From Chiloscyllium plagiosum (taxonomy: Eukaryota), in NCBI RefSeq assembly GCF_004010195.1, contig NC_057751.1, positions 7,248,133-7,296,675 on the forward strand: a DNA stretch of 48,543 nucleotides. The letters run 5' to 3'. The notes under the pieces are model-generated. The model was given only the letters and a program-made list of their open reading frames with translations, made no database searches and was not told the DNA's origin. The translations under genes and the position numbers were made by a program. Positions 24,990 to 36,679 of the stretch are shown in pieces (positions within the stretch are counted from its first letter, which is position 1; each line of letters begins with the position of its first letter).

Positions 24990-25510
24990 GTAGAATAATT
25001 GTAATGCCACTGGACTAGAAATCCAGTTGCTGATACAATTTAAATTAAATTAATTAACAGAATGTGAAATTGACAGCTCGTGAAGCCAGGAATAGTGACA
25101 AAGAACCTCTGGCCATGGATGTAAAAATATATCTGGTTCAGGAATGTTCTTCAGGGAAAGAAATCTGTCATTTGACCTGGTCATGTCTACATGTGACTTC
25201 AGGTGCACAGTACAGGCAGTCGCTGAGTTACAAATTCCATTCCTGAGTATGCTTGTAAATTGATTTGTTTGCAAATTGGAATGTAATGCCATTTAATATA
25301 AAATAGTCATTTCTATGGATGAGAGAATGTTCCCACGTTAGATTCCGAGAATTGCATCTTGTTCATTCGTATGTTCGTAAATCGAGGACTGCCTGTGATG
25401 TAACAGACTATTCACTGACCTCTTAAATGTAAACCAGTTAGCTCAAGAGCCGTGGGATGGGAACTTATGATCCCTTGCCAGAGCCACCCACATCCCTTGA
25501 AACAATCAAA
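24990..25510 (+). mobile_element. Ancient tRNA-derived SINE interrupted by a MITE
   Basis: GTAATGCCACTGGACTAGAAATCCAG head, GAAATCTGTC...CTACATGTGACTTCAG core, tail GCCAGAGCCACCCACATCCCTTGA. Confidence 0.75.
25213..25395. mobile_element. Tigger/pogo-type MITE
   Basis: TA-CAGGCAGTCGCTGAGTTACAAA ... TTCGTAAATCGAGGACTGCCTG-TG: terminal inverted repeats at a TA-type target. Confidence 0.8.
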
Positions 25511-26510
25511 AATCTGTGCTGTCATCATTTCCATGACTGTTCAGAGAAAAGTTTTGCTTTAACCACATACATGTGGGTCGTAATACAATAATGTCAGAAT
25601 GTTAGCTTTTCTTCTCAAAAGGTCATCAGCAAACATGGGGGTTTTTATGATCATCTAATAATTTCATTGTCACCATTACTGAAAAGCTTTTTATATCAGA
25701 TATGCTTCAATCATTTGAATGTACATTCTCCATTTGCTGTTGTGGGATTTGTTCTTAATCTCTGAATTATTTGTATGTCTATTTGATTGCAATATTACTG
25801 GATACTGGCATTCATTCAGGTGTTACTTGCGGGACAAACATTTTCTGATATAACAAGAAGATCTGCACCAAAGTGATTTGTTTGCTGTAATATTGTTTGT
25901 GGAATTCTGAAGCTATCATCATGTTATTTAAATGGAAGTTCCTTCATTTGCTGCATCCTGCACCAGAGAGATTGAGGATACATGAAAATATGGGTAAATA
26001 CTGTTGGATTCAGCTACTTGACTGCGGGAGCTGCTCTCGTGATTTTTATACTCTATCATTGCATAATACAGGAGATCTGAGCTTAACTGCAGAGACCAGC
26101 TCCCAGCAGATTGCGGTAAGGTTTGGACTGTAACATGGTTGTTCGACCAAATAAAGCCCGATAAGTAAAAGGAGCCCAAACAGTATTACTAATTAATCAC
26201 TGCTTTAACTTTCACACAGTATACATGCCAAGTGAGAGATCTGGAATGCGAGGAAAAACTGCATGAAAGAATCATTCAAGCCTGACTGATGATCCCTTCA
26301 GAAACCAGATTAAGATGTAGCAAGAAGAATCACTTGCCACACAAATCAGGTCAGAGATGCAGATAATGACCAGCTCTGGTATACTGCTCGAGCAAGTTAA
26401 TTTTTTACTTCATTTTTGAACAGGGTTACTATCTCAGAGTTCTCATAGTTTTGAAAGCACTGTCTTATTGCCTTGAGGTTGTCTTGAGTTGAAAGTTAGG
26501 GAAACAAGAA

Positions 26511-27265
26511 TTGATCAATTGGCTCAATGGGCTGAAGAGTGGCAAATGGAATTTAATTTAGTTAAATGTGAGTTATTGCATTTTGGTAAAATGAGAAAGG
26601 GCAGGACTTATACAAATAAAAATAGGGCCTTGGGTATAGAACAGAGGGACCTTGGGGTTCAGTACATAATCCTTTGAGGTTTGTGGTGGTTAAGGAGGCA
26701 TTTAGCATGCTTAGCTTTCTTGTTCAGACCATTGAATTTAGGAGTTGCAACGTCATGTTGGGTTTGTACAGGACGTTGATGAAACCTCTTCTGGAGTACT
26801 GTGTCTGGTTCTGTTCCTGCTTTAAGAAGTATATTATTGCACTGGAGAGGGTTCAGAACAGATTTACCTGGATATTGCAGGAGTGGAGAAGTTAGATAGA
26901 CTGGGACTTTGTTCACTGGAGTGTAAAAGGTTGAGGGCTGACTTATAGGGGTTTATAAAACCATGAGAGGTATAGAGAAGTTAAGTGGCAGGTGTCCTTT
27001 TCCTCGGGTTGGGGAAGTTCAAGACTGGGGCACGTATTTTTAAGGTGAGAGGAGAAAGATCAGTGGTTCGTGTGTGGAATGAACTTCCAGAGGATGTAGT
27101 GGATGTGGGTACAGTTAGAACATTCAAAAGATATTTAGATAAAGACATGAATAGTAAATTTAGGAGGGATATGGGCCAAGTGCAGACAGGGGCTATTTTA
27201 GTTTGGGATTATGGTTGACATAGATTGGTTGGACTGAAGGGTCTGTTTCTGTGCTGTATAACTCT
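26511..27265 (+). mobile_element. CR1 from end of RT to 3' UTR
   Basis: DQLAQWAEEWQMEFNLVKC, LLEYCVWF, VWNELPEDVV and the 3' UTR. Confidence 0.92.
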
Positions 27266-27289
27266 TTTACACATAGCAAGGACAGGTGA

Positions 27290-27725
27290 TGTTGGAGACA
27301 TGCTTCATTTTCCAGGTTCCAGGGATGAGCAATAGCTGGGTGGACTGAGATGTTAGGCTTATGATGCTAAAAGTACAAGAAGGCTCAGAGAATTGATAGA
27401 ATGACTTGAAATGATGAAACATTTGGATAAGAGTAAATAAAAGTCAACATGAAAATCATAAAAATAAGTTGTTTCCATTAGCTGAAGTGTTGACAGCCCA
27501 AGGAAAATATTTTTGTCTGCAATGATTGGTTAGCACTTGAAATGCACAACCTGACAGGGTGCTGGAAACAGAATCAATTACTTTCAGAAGGGCATGGATA
27601 GATGCTTGAAGCAGAAAATATTTCAAGGATATGGGTGAAGATCAAAGAGTAGAGTAACTGCATTCGTCTTCAAAAGAATTGGTACACATTTGATAGGCCA
27701 AATAGCTTGTTTCTGCGTTTTTTCA
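27290..27725 (+). mobile_element. Very old CR1 3' relic
   Basis: Decayed ORF2 C-terminus and tail GATAGGCCAAATAGCTTGTTTCTG. Confidence 0.6.
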
Positions 27726-27879
27726 ATCAGTCACTCTCGGATAGGGACATTTCAAGCAGAACATATCTGCCAAAACACTCAGCTGAGCACATGCAGATCA
27801 AAGCAAGGAAAGATATCTTATTTGACCTCAAGTGGTCTCCATCCCAGACTGGATTATCTTCCTTTTGCTTATAACATTG

Positions 27880-28240
27880 CACACCTTCCCCACCTTGCAT
27901 TTCATGCAGACAGCCCCTTCAGAGATAAATATCAATTTATCCAATGTCTTGTTCACCTCACCACACCAAGTCCCACCCACCTGTTAGTCATGTCCTTCCT
28001 GACCAAGATTGGCTCTGAACACATTCAGTTTAATAGTGTCATCTTCACATTTGAATGTCTTCATAGTCCAAGCCTTTTTTACAACTGTTCACCAACCACA
28101 ACCACCCACTTGTCTGACTCCATCCTTTTATTAACTTTCCCATGCTTAACTGAAGGGCATGTTGTCAATGTGGTTTACCAGGGTACTGCATTTCCTTACC
28201 ATTGCACTGTCCTCTGCATGTTAATTAGCCTATCTTAAAT
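27880..28240 (+). mobile_element. Ancient L2 ORF2 C-terminal relic (explains the 182-aa ORF at 27690-28238)
   Basis: QFIQCLVHLTT...HIQFNSVIFTFECLHS resembles the L2 motif QLIQN.AAR.LT...RI.FKIL.L.FK.LH. Confidence 0.5.
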
Positions 28241-28249
28241 CTATTTCTG

Positions 28250-29010
28250 TGATACTCATACCTTTTCATGTCAGCAAGATTGCGGATTCAAGTTCCACTC
28301 AAGGACATGCAGCACAGTAGTTAAGGCTGATCCTCTATGGAGAGTACTGCACTATAAAAGATACTAAGTTTCAGGTCAAACCAAAAATCTAAGGCCTCAC
28401 CTGCCCTCTCAAGCAGATATTAAAGGATGTGTAGCATTCTTTCAAAAAGAACAGGTGAGTTAATTCCTGAGGGTATGTTATGCCTGAGTCAACATTTTTT
28501 AAATCTTGATTATTTCACTATTCTCACATCACTGTCTGTGGGACCTTGACGTGTGCAGAAGAATTGCCATATTTCCTAAGTTTTAACAGTGACTATACTT
28601 CAAAGAATATGGGCGGCACGGTGGCACAGTGGTTAGCACTGCTCACAGCAGCAGAGACCCGGGTTCAATTCCCACCTCAGGCGACTGACTGTGTGGAGTT
28701 TACACATTCTCCCCATGTCTGCGTGAGTTTCCTCCGGGTGCTCCGGTTTTCTCCCACAGTCCGAAAATGTGCAGGTTAGGTGAACTGGCCATGCTAACGT
28801 GCCCGCAGTGTTAGGTGACGGGGTAAATGTAGGGGAATAGGTCTGGGTGGGTTGCGCTTTGGTGGGCCGGTGTGGACTTGTTGGGCCGAAGGGCCTGTTT
28901 CCATACTGTAAGTAATCTAATCTAAGTAATGTAAGTGCTTCTGATTGTAACATGTTTTGGAGCATCCAGTAGCCATGAAAGGCGCTACAAAAATACAACT
29001 TTTTTTTCTT
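28250..29010 (+). mobile_element. Deu-domain SINE (SacSINE1-like) split by an HE1 SINE
   Basis: GGATTCAAGTTCCACTC, CTGCCCTCTCAAGCAGAT, CTGTGGGACCTTG, ACAGTGACTATACTTCAAA; resumes after 28925 with GAAAGGCGCTACAAAAAT. Confidence 0.75.
28611..28925 (+). mobile_element. HE1-type SINE, full length, young
   Basis: GGGCGGCACGGTGGCACAGTGG, GGTTCAATTCC and (TAATC)n tail. Confidence 0.95.
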
Positions 29011-29749
29011 TATCCCTTTGTGTCCCAGCATTCATTTGTTTGAAGATAACTCTGCAAAGTTCCTTGGGACTGTTCTTGTTACGAAATCTCCTCAAAACGT
29101 TGAGTGTGGATGAGTGCATGATATTGCAGCAGTGGTCATAGATCAGCTTTAAGATTGTGTAGACATGGACAGTATAAACATGGAATTATTTGTAAAAGTG
29201 CTCTCATTGATAAAATGTCAGCACTGCATCCACAACAGGATATTTTTGCTTTTCAACTCTTTGAACACGCTGTCAGATTAGATTCCAAGGACATTGGACC
29301 CAACAACTAATCTACAAATTTGGCTCCAGGAAATTCATTTCCATGCAAAGGGTTGTCTTATATTTAGATCTCTGATGTAACAAAACTGTCACTGATCCTG
29401 TCTTCAGTCTGAGCCAGGAATGAAACCTCTTGTTATTATCCTTTCATGCAAACTGAAATACACATTTGTGAATAGCCAGTGGTCACGATAAGAAAAAGGC
29501 TAGGTCCATAAAGTCAGGATACACTTATGAACAAACTGATGCACCAGAATGCAAAGACTTTGGGAAATAATGAGTTGGAGTACAAGATTGTTTGCAAAGT
29601 TTTGAGAGTGTACAAGATGGCGGACTTAGAAGAGAAGAAAATCCACTGAAGCATTGGTCATAAAAACTAAAATATTGATCAGAGAATGGCAAGCTAATCA
29701 AGAGACTTGCTTGAGACAGAGACTATCTTACATCTCATGCAACCTTTTT

Positions 29750-31995
29750 GTGAATGAAGATATCCCCAGTTGAAAGATGCGTTTCCCTGTGATTGGACTG
29801 TCCTCCAGCTCTACACCCTTTGGGATCTTTGTGCTCCTCCAGATTTGTCTCACGTGTCCCATTGCACTGTACAGCCATCCACTCCCTCCACTCCAACCCC
29901 ATTTTCCCCATCAAATCACTGGACAAGGTCGGGTATTGGGGGTGCAGTGTTAGCATGGGGTACCAACCTCTACCTCGCTGAAGTCAGATGCCAACTCACT
30001 GGCACTACCTACTACCCCCTCGACCATGACCCCATCTCTCGTCACCAAAAGATCATCTCCCAAACCATCCACCTTTATCACCTCAGGGGATCTCCCATCC
30101 ACAGCTTCCAACTTCATTGTTCCCCAACCCCACGCCACCCAGTTCTACCTCTTATGGAAAATCTGCAAACCTGACTGCCCTGGGCGACCTATTGTCTCCA
30201 TCTGCTCCTGCTCCTCTGAACTCATCTCATGTCTCAACTCCGTCTTGTTCCCCTTTGGTCCAGGAACTCGCCACATACATTCGGAGCACCACCCACGCCC
30301 TCCACCACCTCCATGATTTTTGATTCCCTGGCACCCAACATCTCATCGTCAGCATAGACATCCAGTCCCTGTGCCCATCCCTCCTCCGTGGTGAAGGCCT
30401 CCAAGGCTTTTGTTTCTTCTCCCACCGACCTAACCAGTGCCCCTCCACTGACACACTCACTCAAATGGTGGAACTTGTCCTCACCCTCAACAACTTCTCC
30501 TTCGAATCCTCCCACTTCATTAAGACCCGAGAGGTAGCCATGAGCACCCATCCGAATCCTCCCACTTCCTTAAGACCCGAGAGGTAGCCATGAGCACCCG
30601 TCTAGGCCCCAGCCATGCCTGCCTCTTCACAGGGTACACTGAACAGTCTATCTTCCATAGTTACACTGGCACCATCCTCTACCTTTTTCTCTGCTACATT
30701 GATGACAATATTGGCACCGCCTTGTGCTTTCACGAGGAGGTTGAACAGTTCATCAACTGCACTAACACCTTCCACTCTGACCTTAAGTTCACATGGACCA
30801 TCTCTGACACCACCCCTTCCTGGATCTCTCCGTTTGACTAGAATTGATTAGATTCCCAACAGCGTGGAAACAGTCCCTTTAGCCCAACAAGTCCGTCTCC
30901 ATCTCCAGCAACGAACTCAACAAGGACATCTATTTCAAACCCACCGACTCCCAAACCTACCATGACTACATTTTCTCCGACCCCATATCCTGAAAAAATG
31001 CGATTCCCTTACTCCCAATTCCTTTATTGCTGCTCTCTATGCTTCCAGGAGGCGCAATTCCATCCCAATGTCTTCCTATTTCAGGGACCGCAGTTTATCC
31101 TCCCATGTGATCAACATTGCCCTCCGTCACATCTCCTCTATTTCCTGTACCCCCACCCTCAAACCCCACCCCTTCAACCTGTGGTCCTCCCCTTCCACCC
31201 ACTAATTCCGGATGCAGCGCATTATCCTCCTCCATTTCTGCCACATACAGTCAGCTCTCAAAAATATATTTCCCTCTCCACCATTATCTGCGTTCCACAG
31301 AGACCATTCGCGCCGCGACTCCCTTGTGAGGTCCACTCCCTCCTCCAATCCACCCTCCACATCTGACACGTTCACTTCTGCCGCACAAAATGTAAAACCT
31401 GCACCCATATGCCCCCTCATCTCTGTCCAAGGCCTCAAAGGATCTTTTCACATCCAGCAGAGATTTTCCTGAACATCCACCCATCTCATTTACAGCGTCC
31501 ATTGTTCTCAATGTGGTCTCCCCTACATCAGGTGGACAGGACACCAACTCGCAGAACTTTTCAGGGAACATCTCTGGAAAACATGCACCAAACAATCCCA
31601 CCACCCTATGGCCGACCACTTGAACTCCCTCGCCCACTCTCCCAAGACACCTGCCAACTACAGGAAGAACTCCTCAGCTTGCGCCTTGGGTCCCTTCAAC
31701 CACACAGCATCAACATTACTTCATCAGTTTTCAAATCCCCCTTCTTCCGACCTCATCCCAGATCCAACCCTCCAACTCGGCACCGCCTTCTTGACCTGCC
31801 CTACCTATCTATCAACCTTCCCATCTATCCGCACCACCTTCCCCACTGACATATCACTATTACTCCCCACCTGCATCCTCCTATCACCTCCCTTAGTTTT
31901 CTCTCATGCCCCTTCCACCTCCACATTTGTGATGTTGACTCCTGCTCCTCAAATGCTGCCTGACCTGTGCTTTTCCAGCGTCACCCTTTTCGACC
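29750..31995 (+). mobile_element. Degenerate Penelope-like retroelement (RT + GIY-YIG + 3' pLTR)
   Basis: FYLLWKICKPDCPGRPIVS, LTLNNFSFES, VAMSTRLGPS, FLCYIDD, LKFTW, YFKPTDS, plus HLIYSVHCSQCG.PYIR at ~31480-31530. Multiple frameshifts. Confidence 0.9.
30836..30895 (-). mobile_element. HE1 SINE 3' tail fragment inserted in the PLE RT
   Basis: GATTAGATTCCCAACAGCGTGGAAACAGTCCCTTTAGCCCAACAAGTCC matches the 4660-4710 tail. Confidence 0.85.
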
Positions 31996-32059
31996 CTGTC
32001 CCCATTTGTCAACTTTCCAACATCTCCCTGTGCAGCTAGCTGCCAGGTTTGGTTTGTTA

Positions 32060-32225
32060 CAGAAAAACTGCTGGAATCTAAGGGAGACAAGCAGGAAGCT
32101 GGGAGAACACAGCAAGCCAGACACTACCAGAAGGTGGACATGTCTGCGTTTTGGGTGTAACCCTTCTTCAGGACTGGGGGTGAATGTGAGGGGAGTTGCA
32201 GATAAAGGGGATGGAAGGGTGGCAT
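32060..32225 (-). mobile_element. PLE pLTR fragment with decayed hammerhead
   Basis: Minus strand reads GTC-CTGAAGA-AGGGTTACACCC-AAAACG. Confidence 0.65.
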
Positions 32226-32744
32226 TTTGGTTTGCTCCTCGGAAGTATCATGGAATGTTTTCATATTTTAAAGGTAGTGTAGAAATGTAATTTGTTTCTG
32301 TATTTTGTGGACTTGGACTTCATTGAAGTGCAATAAAGCAGACAGCACATTTGGAGTCAAATATCTGAGGCATCCTAAGAAGGAGAATGATATCGGGTGA
32401 GGGCAGGAGGTCTAATGTCTAAAGCCTCTGTGTCTAATCTCACAGCTAGATGCTTTTACAAACTTGTCAGCGCTCCTTGTATGCAGCAGTAACATAATAT
32501 TCCAATGGAGGGAGCATGCTAGCTGTGTATAATTTTTTTCTTTCTGAAGTCTGAAGCCAGCAATTTAACTGGGTTAAAGTTCAGTTTTTCTTTAAGCTGT
32601 TCTTGCTTTCATTCTCTAATTAAGGTTTAATGAAGCTGAGAAACGTGCTTTTTTAAAAAAAAATCATTTGGAATGTATTTTGGACCTCCTAAATCTCTTC
32701 ACTATGTCTCATATTGCACAACACATCAAGCAGTCATTTTAAAG

Positions 32745-32982
32745 TAAAAAACCGAAAAAAACTGTGGATGTTGTAAATTAGAAACTAAAACAGAAGTTGT
32801 TGGAAAGGCTCAGCAGGTCTGGCAGCGTCTGTGAAGAGAAATCAGAGTTGACGTTTCAGATCTGGTCACTTTCCCTCAGAACTGAGGAAAGGACATTGGA
32901 ACCAAAACTTTAACTCTGATTTCTCTTCACAGATGCTGCCAGACCTGCTGAGCTTTTCCAGCAACTTCTGTTTTTGTTTTCT
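32745..32982. mobile_element. Palindromic PLE-derived element (two inverted pLTRs, no interior)
   Basis: Arms AAAACAGAAGTTGTTGGAAAGGCTCAGCAGGTCTGGCAGCGTCTGTGAAGAGAAATCAGAGTT and its near-perfect reverse complement at ~32912-32975. Confidence 0.8.
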
Positions 32983-33759
32983 GTCATTTTAGAATATACT
33001 GTCAATACCAGAATGTTAAAGCATAGGTCTTATCACAGTTTTCCTTCCAGCTAACACCACTATTTCTTAACAGAACATAAATGCATCAACCAAATGCAAC
33101 ACAGCATACAAGTTGAGTAAATTTCACTTGGTTTTCTGCTTCCAATCCACCCAGGTGAAGCAACACACACTAGCTACACAGGAAAATTGCTCAACCGACC
33201 TTCAGACATTGACAGGGTAAGGACAGCTGTCTCCACACTGCCCCATCAAACATTCCCAGGACAGGTACAGCTCTATATTCTTTTTAACTCAAAGTAAAGC
33301 TGCCTCAACACTGTCCTCATTAAACACCCACAGACTGGAGTTAGATACGGTGTAAAATGCCTTCTTTGCCTTTTAAACTGAAAGTAAAGTTCCTTGTACT
33401 GTTTTCAGCCACAAGTAAAGCTCACAGCTTCCATCAAACTGTCCCTAGACAAAGACAGCACAGGGCCCAATACGGAGTCTCGTGCTGTCTATTCTTTTAA
33501 ATTGAAATTAAAATTTCTTTTATGCTTTTGGACTGAAATTAAAGCTCCCTTAACACTGCTCTTAAAAAAAACAATTCCAGAACAGGGACAGCCCAAGGCT
33601 AGATATTGTTTTAAATTGAAAATAAAACTCTCTCTACTCTTTTAAAACTGAAAGTTGAGCTTCCTCGATATTGTCCCAATAAAACACTCCAAGGACGGGT
33701 GGAGTATAGGGTCAGATATTGTGTAAAGCTCCCTTTCCTTTTATTTAAATTACAAGTAA

Positions 33760-33978
33760 CAGATAGTTCTGTTATGACATGCATTTTGTCAATGCAATTT
33801 TGCTGTAATGTGATTGATAAATTCAGGACGCTGTTTCTACAGCGCAAACTTTTAAAACGTGTGTTGGCTGTAACGAGATTGTTGTGCCAACACTTTAAGC
33901 ACATTTTCTAAAGCACGAATTTTCTATAGCGCCGGCTTGCACCAGAACACAACCATCATATTATAGAAAAACTGATTG
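33760..33978. mobile_element. Old Tigger/pogo-type MITE within the array
   Basis: Degenerate TIRs CAGATAGTTCTGTTATGACATG / CATATTATAGAAAAACTGATTG; it interrupts the host motif AAGTA|AA at a TA. Confidence 0.65.
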
Positions 33979-34614
33979 TAAATCTTCCCTCTTCATTAAA
34001 CACTGAGGACAGGGCCAGCAAAGGTTAGATACAGAGTAATGCTGTCTCAACTCTTGTAAACAGAAGGTAAAGCACTCTCTAATGCTTAAAACTGAAAGTA
34101 AAGCTTTCCTTGCACTGTCCTCTCCTTGCACAAGCAGAGCATGGGGTCAGAAACAGAGTAAATCTCCCTCTTGTGCTAACTCAGGAAAGCTGACTGGACA
34201 GGAACATTATTTGGTGCCACACTCTAAAATGGAGCCACTATTCATGCCATACATCGGCTATTCTCAGCCGGGGACAGAGAGTTCTCCAGACCCATCCAAG
34301 GATCGTTTTTTCATAAAGGGGTGATGTGATGAGTTTCACTGGGCAGGCCATTGCGTGTTGTCAAGGGAACTCTTACTCAACAAATTCCATGAGGAAATAG
34401 TGATGTCTCATGGGTCTTGTAGGGTTATCACACTCTATTGTTTAAAGCAGAAAGTTGAGCTGCCTCAACACTATCCCTCAGAATCTTGCAGGACCGATTC
34501 AGCGTGGCGTTGGATAGAGTAAAGCTCCTCTACACTTTGTGCATCAAACACTCCTTGGATGGGACAACACAAGGCGAGATTAAGCTCGTTCTACTTATTT
34601 AAACAAAACATAAA

Positions 34615-34852
34615 TGTAGTGATTGAGACTAGGTTAGTCAGGTGAACCTTTCAGAATCTGAGTTCCCTGATTGAGGTTGTTCACCTGTTCAAATCAGGGA
34701 GCCCTGGCTGACAGATATAAACAGGAGTGTCAGATGTATCTGCTCACTCTGAGAATTGGCTCTGAGGAAACTCACTCAGTGACAAAAACTCTCTGCATGT
34801 AGGTAAAGGGTGACCTGGTGACAGGATAAACGGCCTGTGTGGAGTTATTTCA
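34615..34852 (+). mobile_element. Solo LTR (238 bp), probably Gypsy
   Basis: TG...CA ends, exact 5-bp TSD ATAAA (34610-34614 and 34853-34857), internal TATAAA near 34716. Confidence 0.85.
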
Positions 34853-35109
34853 ATAAACCTCCCTCCATCAAACACTCCCGGGGAGGTACAGTATGTGGTT
34901 AGATGCAGAAATTGACATAGAGATGCAGAGAAAGCTTCCTGTATACTGTCCCAATCAAACAATCCTCAGAACATGGGGTTTTCAATGAGTGAAAGTTTGT
35001 CACACTGTTTGTTGACAGACGCCTTTTCAAATCAATTTGTACAAATGAAGCTGTTGTCTAATTTGATTTCTTAAAACTCTTGTGCGGAATTTAGCATTCC
35101 ATTTGTTGT

Positions 35110-35525
35110 CCATACTTAATAGCCCTTCAGAAATTGGTAGTGAGCCACTGCAATCCACTTGTTCTCAGTACGCAGGCAATGCAATGAGGAAGTTCCAGTA
35201 TTTTGATTGACGGCAATACAATGTCAAATCAGGACAATATGTGGCTTGGAGGGGAACTATGGTGGATTTTTGATCTGTCTGCTGCCCAAGTCCTACTCGA
35301 TATTGTGGACCTTCTTGAGTTGCTGCAATATGTCTCGAAGATGCTGCAGATTGCTGTGGTTGTTCCATCAGTGGTGACAAGATTGTTTGTTCAAGGTCAT
35401 GGATGGAATGCTCAACAAGTTCTGCCCAAGATGATAGATTTCTTGAGCATTGTTCGAGCCATAGTTATCCAGGCAAGTGAGTATTCTATTCCACCTCTGA
35501 CTTCTGCATTGCAGATGCATTGGTG
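35110..35525 (-). mobile_element. Ancient LINE (CR1/L2 group) 3' part; outermost layer of the nested stack
   Basis: GCCCTTCAGAAATTGGTAGTGAGCC, GGCTTGGAGGGGAACT, ATCCAGGCAAGTGAGTATTC; appears to resume at 43850-43935 and 44960-45340. Confidence 0.6.
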
Positions 35526-35529
35526 TTAA

Positions 35530-36282
35530 TTTTCCAAAATTCCCAGATTCTGGAAAGGTTTCATTGGATTAGAAAATAGAAAACAAAATCCTTCTATTCA
35601 AGAAGGGACGAAGGCAGAAAACAGGAAACTACAGGAAGCTGTTATAATTTAATATTAAACAGATATCATTGCACACTGAGAAAAACACAAGGTAGTTGGG
35701 GTGGCAGTATGGTTTCATCAAAGGCAAATGATATGTGACCAATTTATTGGTATTCTTCAAAGGAATAGCTTGTCATATGGATCAAGTGGAGCTTACAGAT
35801 GTATGACTTATGGATTTCTGGGGGGCAGTTGATAAATTGTCATGTCAAAGGTTATCACATAAAATGAGAGCTCGTGGTGTAGGGATTTCGTTTATTAAAT
35901 TGGCTTGAAGATTGGCTAAATGGCAGAAAACAGAGTGTACATAAATTGGTCTTTGTCTGATTGATAAGACTTGGTGAGTTATGCCCATACGGCGCCTGTG
36001 CTTGTGCAATGTATCAGTGAATTCCATAAGGGTTGCAACGGCAAAGTAGCAAAATTCATAGACAACACCAAGATAAGTACTTTGTGAAAAAGACATAAGG
36101 AAGTTGCAGATGGATAAAGTTAGATTGACTGGGCAATGTGACCGATATGGCATTTATGGGAAAATGTGAAAATGTTCACTTTCGTTGGAAGAATGCGAAA
36201 GCAAACTGTTATTTTAATGGAAAACAGAGTCTGCATTCTGACATGCAGAGGGATTTAGGTGTTCTCGTGTGTGAATCCACAA
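35530..36282 (+). mobile_element. Old CR1 RT region (continues at 42600)
   Basis: Decayed PLFKKG, HGF.KG, MDF..A.DK, KF.DNTK and RDLGV motifs. Confidence 0.85.
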
Positions 36283-36679
36283 GACAATAAGGTATGGGCA
36301 CAGAATTAGGCCATTTGGCCCATCTAGTCTGCTCCACCGTTCAATTATGTTTAATTATGTTTCTTAACACCATTCTCCTGCTTTCTCCTGGTATCCCTTA
36401 GCAAGCAAGAACCTATCTAGCTCTGTCTTGAAGACACAATGACTTTGCCTCATCAGCCCTCTGCAGCAAAGATTTCTTCGATTCACGACTGAATGGCTGA
36501 AGAAATTCCTCTTCACGTTAGTTCTGAAGGGTTCTCCATTCACTCTGAGGCTGTGTTCGTTCATCCTAGTCTCTCCTTCTAGTGGAAACATCATCTGCAC
36601 ATCCATGCTATCCAGGCCTCTCAGTATTTGGTAAGTTTCAGTGAGATCCTCCCTCATCCTTCTAAACACTGTCAAGTAC

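Larger units (their letters stand above)
33215..34980 (+). repeat. Degenerate tandem array of a ~70-bp unit interleaved with a ~30-bp subunit
   Basis: At least nine variants of ACACTGTCCCATCAAACACTCCCAGGACAGG...GGTTAGATACAGAGTAAAGCTCCCTCT, and recurrent CTTTTAAACTGAAAGTAAAGCT. Confidence 0.8.

Noticed and set aside
27690..28238. 182-aa ORF as a host gene
   Set aside because: It starts in a CR1 tail with a non-ATG codon and runs through a decayed L2 relic.
4657..28925. tRNA genes suggested by box A/box B motifs
   Set aside because: All are SINE heads continuing into HE1 body and tail sequence, with no complete cloverleaf.
29750..31995. Active or domesticated Penelope ORF
   Set aside because: Numerous frameshifts and stops, an internal duplication and a SINE insertion.
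34323..34410. C/D snoRNA suggested by GTGATGA
   Set aside because: No CTGA D box or terminal stem at a suitable distance.
33215..34980. Repeat-spacer appearance suggesting a CRISPR array
   Set aside because: The units are highly degenerate and variable in length, the spacers are themselves repeats, no cas genes are present, and the context is vertebrate.
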